Source of the DNA: Bilabrum cf. latius
Taxonomy: Eukaryota
Assembly (NCBI GenBank): GCA_965178125.1
Contig: OZ237758.1
Location: 924,959 to 944,958, forward strand
DNA length: 20,000 nt
Direction: 5' to 3'
The stretch's first letter is position 1, and every line of letters starts with the position of its first letter. Below, piece by piece: positions 19,165 through 20,000 of this stretch. The notes beneath the pieces were generated by a model. That model saw only the letters and a list, made by a program, of their open reading frames with translations, made no database searches and had not been told where the DNA came from. The translations under genes and the position numbers were made by a program.

Positions 19165-20000
19165 TTTAGGGTTAGGGTTAGGGTTAGGGTTAGGGTTAGG
19201 GTTAGGGTTAGGGTTAGGGTTAGGGTTAGGGTTAGGGTTAGGGTTAGGGTTAGGGTTAGGGTTAGGGTTAGGGTTAGGGTTAGGGTTAGGGTTAGGGTTA
19301 GGGTTAGGGTTAGGGTTAGGGTTAGGGTTAGGGTTAGGGTTAGGGTTAGGGTTAGGGTTAGGGTTAGGGTTAGGGTTAGGGTTAGGGTTAGGGTTAGGGT
19401 TAGGGTTAGGGTTAGGGTTAGGGTTAGGGTTAGGGTTAGGGTTAGGGTTAGGGTTAGGGTTAGGGTTAGGGTTAGGGTTAGGGTTAGGGTTAGGGTTAGG
19501 GTTAGGGTTAGGGTTAGGGTTAGGGTTAGGGTTAGGGTTAGGGTTAGGGTTAGGGTTAGGGTTAGGGTTAGGGTTAGGGTTAGGGTTAGGGTTAGGGTTA
19601 GGGTTAGGGTTAGGGTTAGGGTTAGGGTTAGGGTTAGGGTTAGGGTTAGGGTTAGGGTTAGGGTTAGGGTTAGGGTTAGGGTTAGGGTTAGGGTTAGGGT
19701 TAGGGTTAGGGTTAGGGTTAGGGTTAGGGTTAGGGTTAGGGTTAGGGTTAGGGTTAGGGTTAGGGTTAGGGTTAGGGTTAGGGTTAGGGTTAGGGTTAGG
19801 GTTAGGGTTAGGGTTAGGGTTAGGGTTAGGGTTAGGGTTAGGGTTAGGGTTAGGGTTAGGGTTAGGGTTAGGGTTAGGGTTAGGGTTAGGGTTAGGGTTA
19901 GGGTTAGGGTTAGGGTTAGGGTTAGGGTTAGGGTTAGGGTTAGGGTTAAGGTTAGGGTTAGGGTTAGGGTTAGGGTTAGGGTTAGGGTTAGGGTTAGGGT
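19165..20000 (+). repeat. Terminal telomere array (TTAGGG)n, about 139 units to the window end
   Basis: G-rich strand runs 5'->3' toward the end. Begins with TTTAGGG; one TTAAGG variant at 19946-19951. Confidence 0.97.

Noticed and set aside
1-20000. Assigning a specific organism (the style recalls GC-rich heterotrophic stramenopile flagellates)
   Set aside because: There is no rRNA or other marker I can evaluate without a search, so this is only an impression.

Overview
This is a gene-dense, GC-rich, intron-poor eukaryotic (protist-like) chromosome end. It holds eight protein-coding genes, then a 52-bp subtelomeric satellite, an internal (TTAGGG)n tract, a 294-bp spacer and the terminal (TTAGGG)n array. 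The main observation is that the window does not use the standard genetic code. Every gene is broken into same-frame ORF fragments by TAG codons (35 counted, 37 if TMEM184 starts at 15599), with no frameshifts and no internal exonic TAA/TGA. Reading TAG as Gln restores continuous genes: TBCD, PPTC7-like PP2C, TMEM184, an SLC38-type transporter, an RRP43-like exosome subunit, a JmjC protein, an NDUFA1/MWFE-like gene and a 5'-truncated low-complexity protein. TAG falls at conserved Gln positions and inside poly-Gln runs. Genes end in TGA (6) or TAA (2). This points to a nuclear code with UAG=Gln and UAA/UGA=stop (equivalent to NCBI table 15), a rare uncoupling of UAG from UAA. Family assignments come from recalled motifs, not from database searches.
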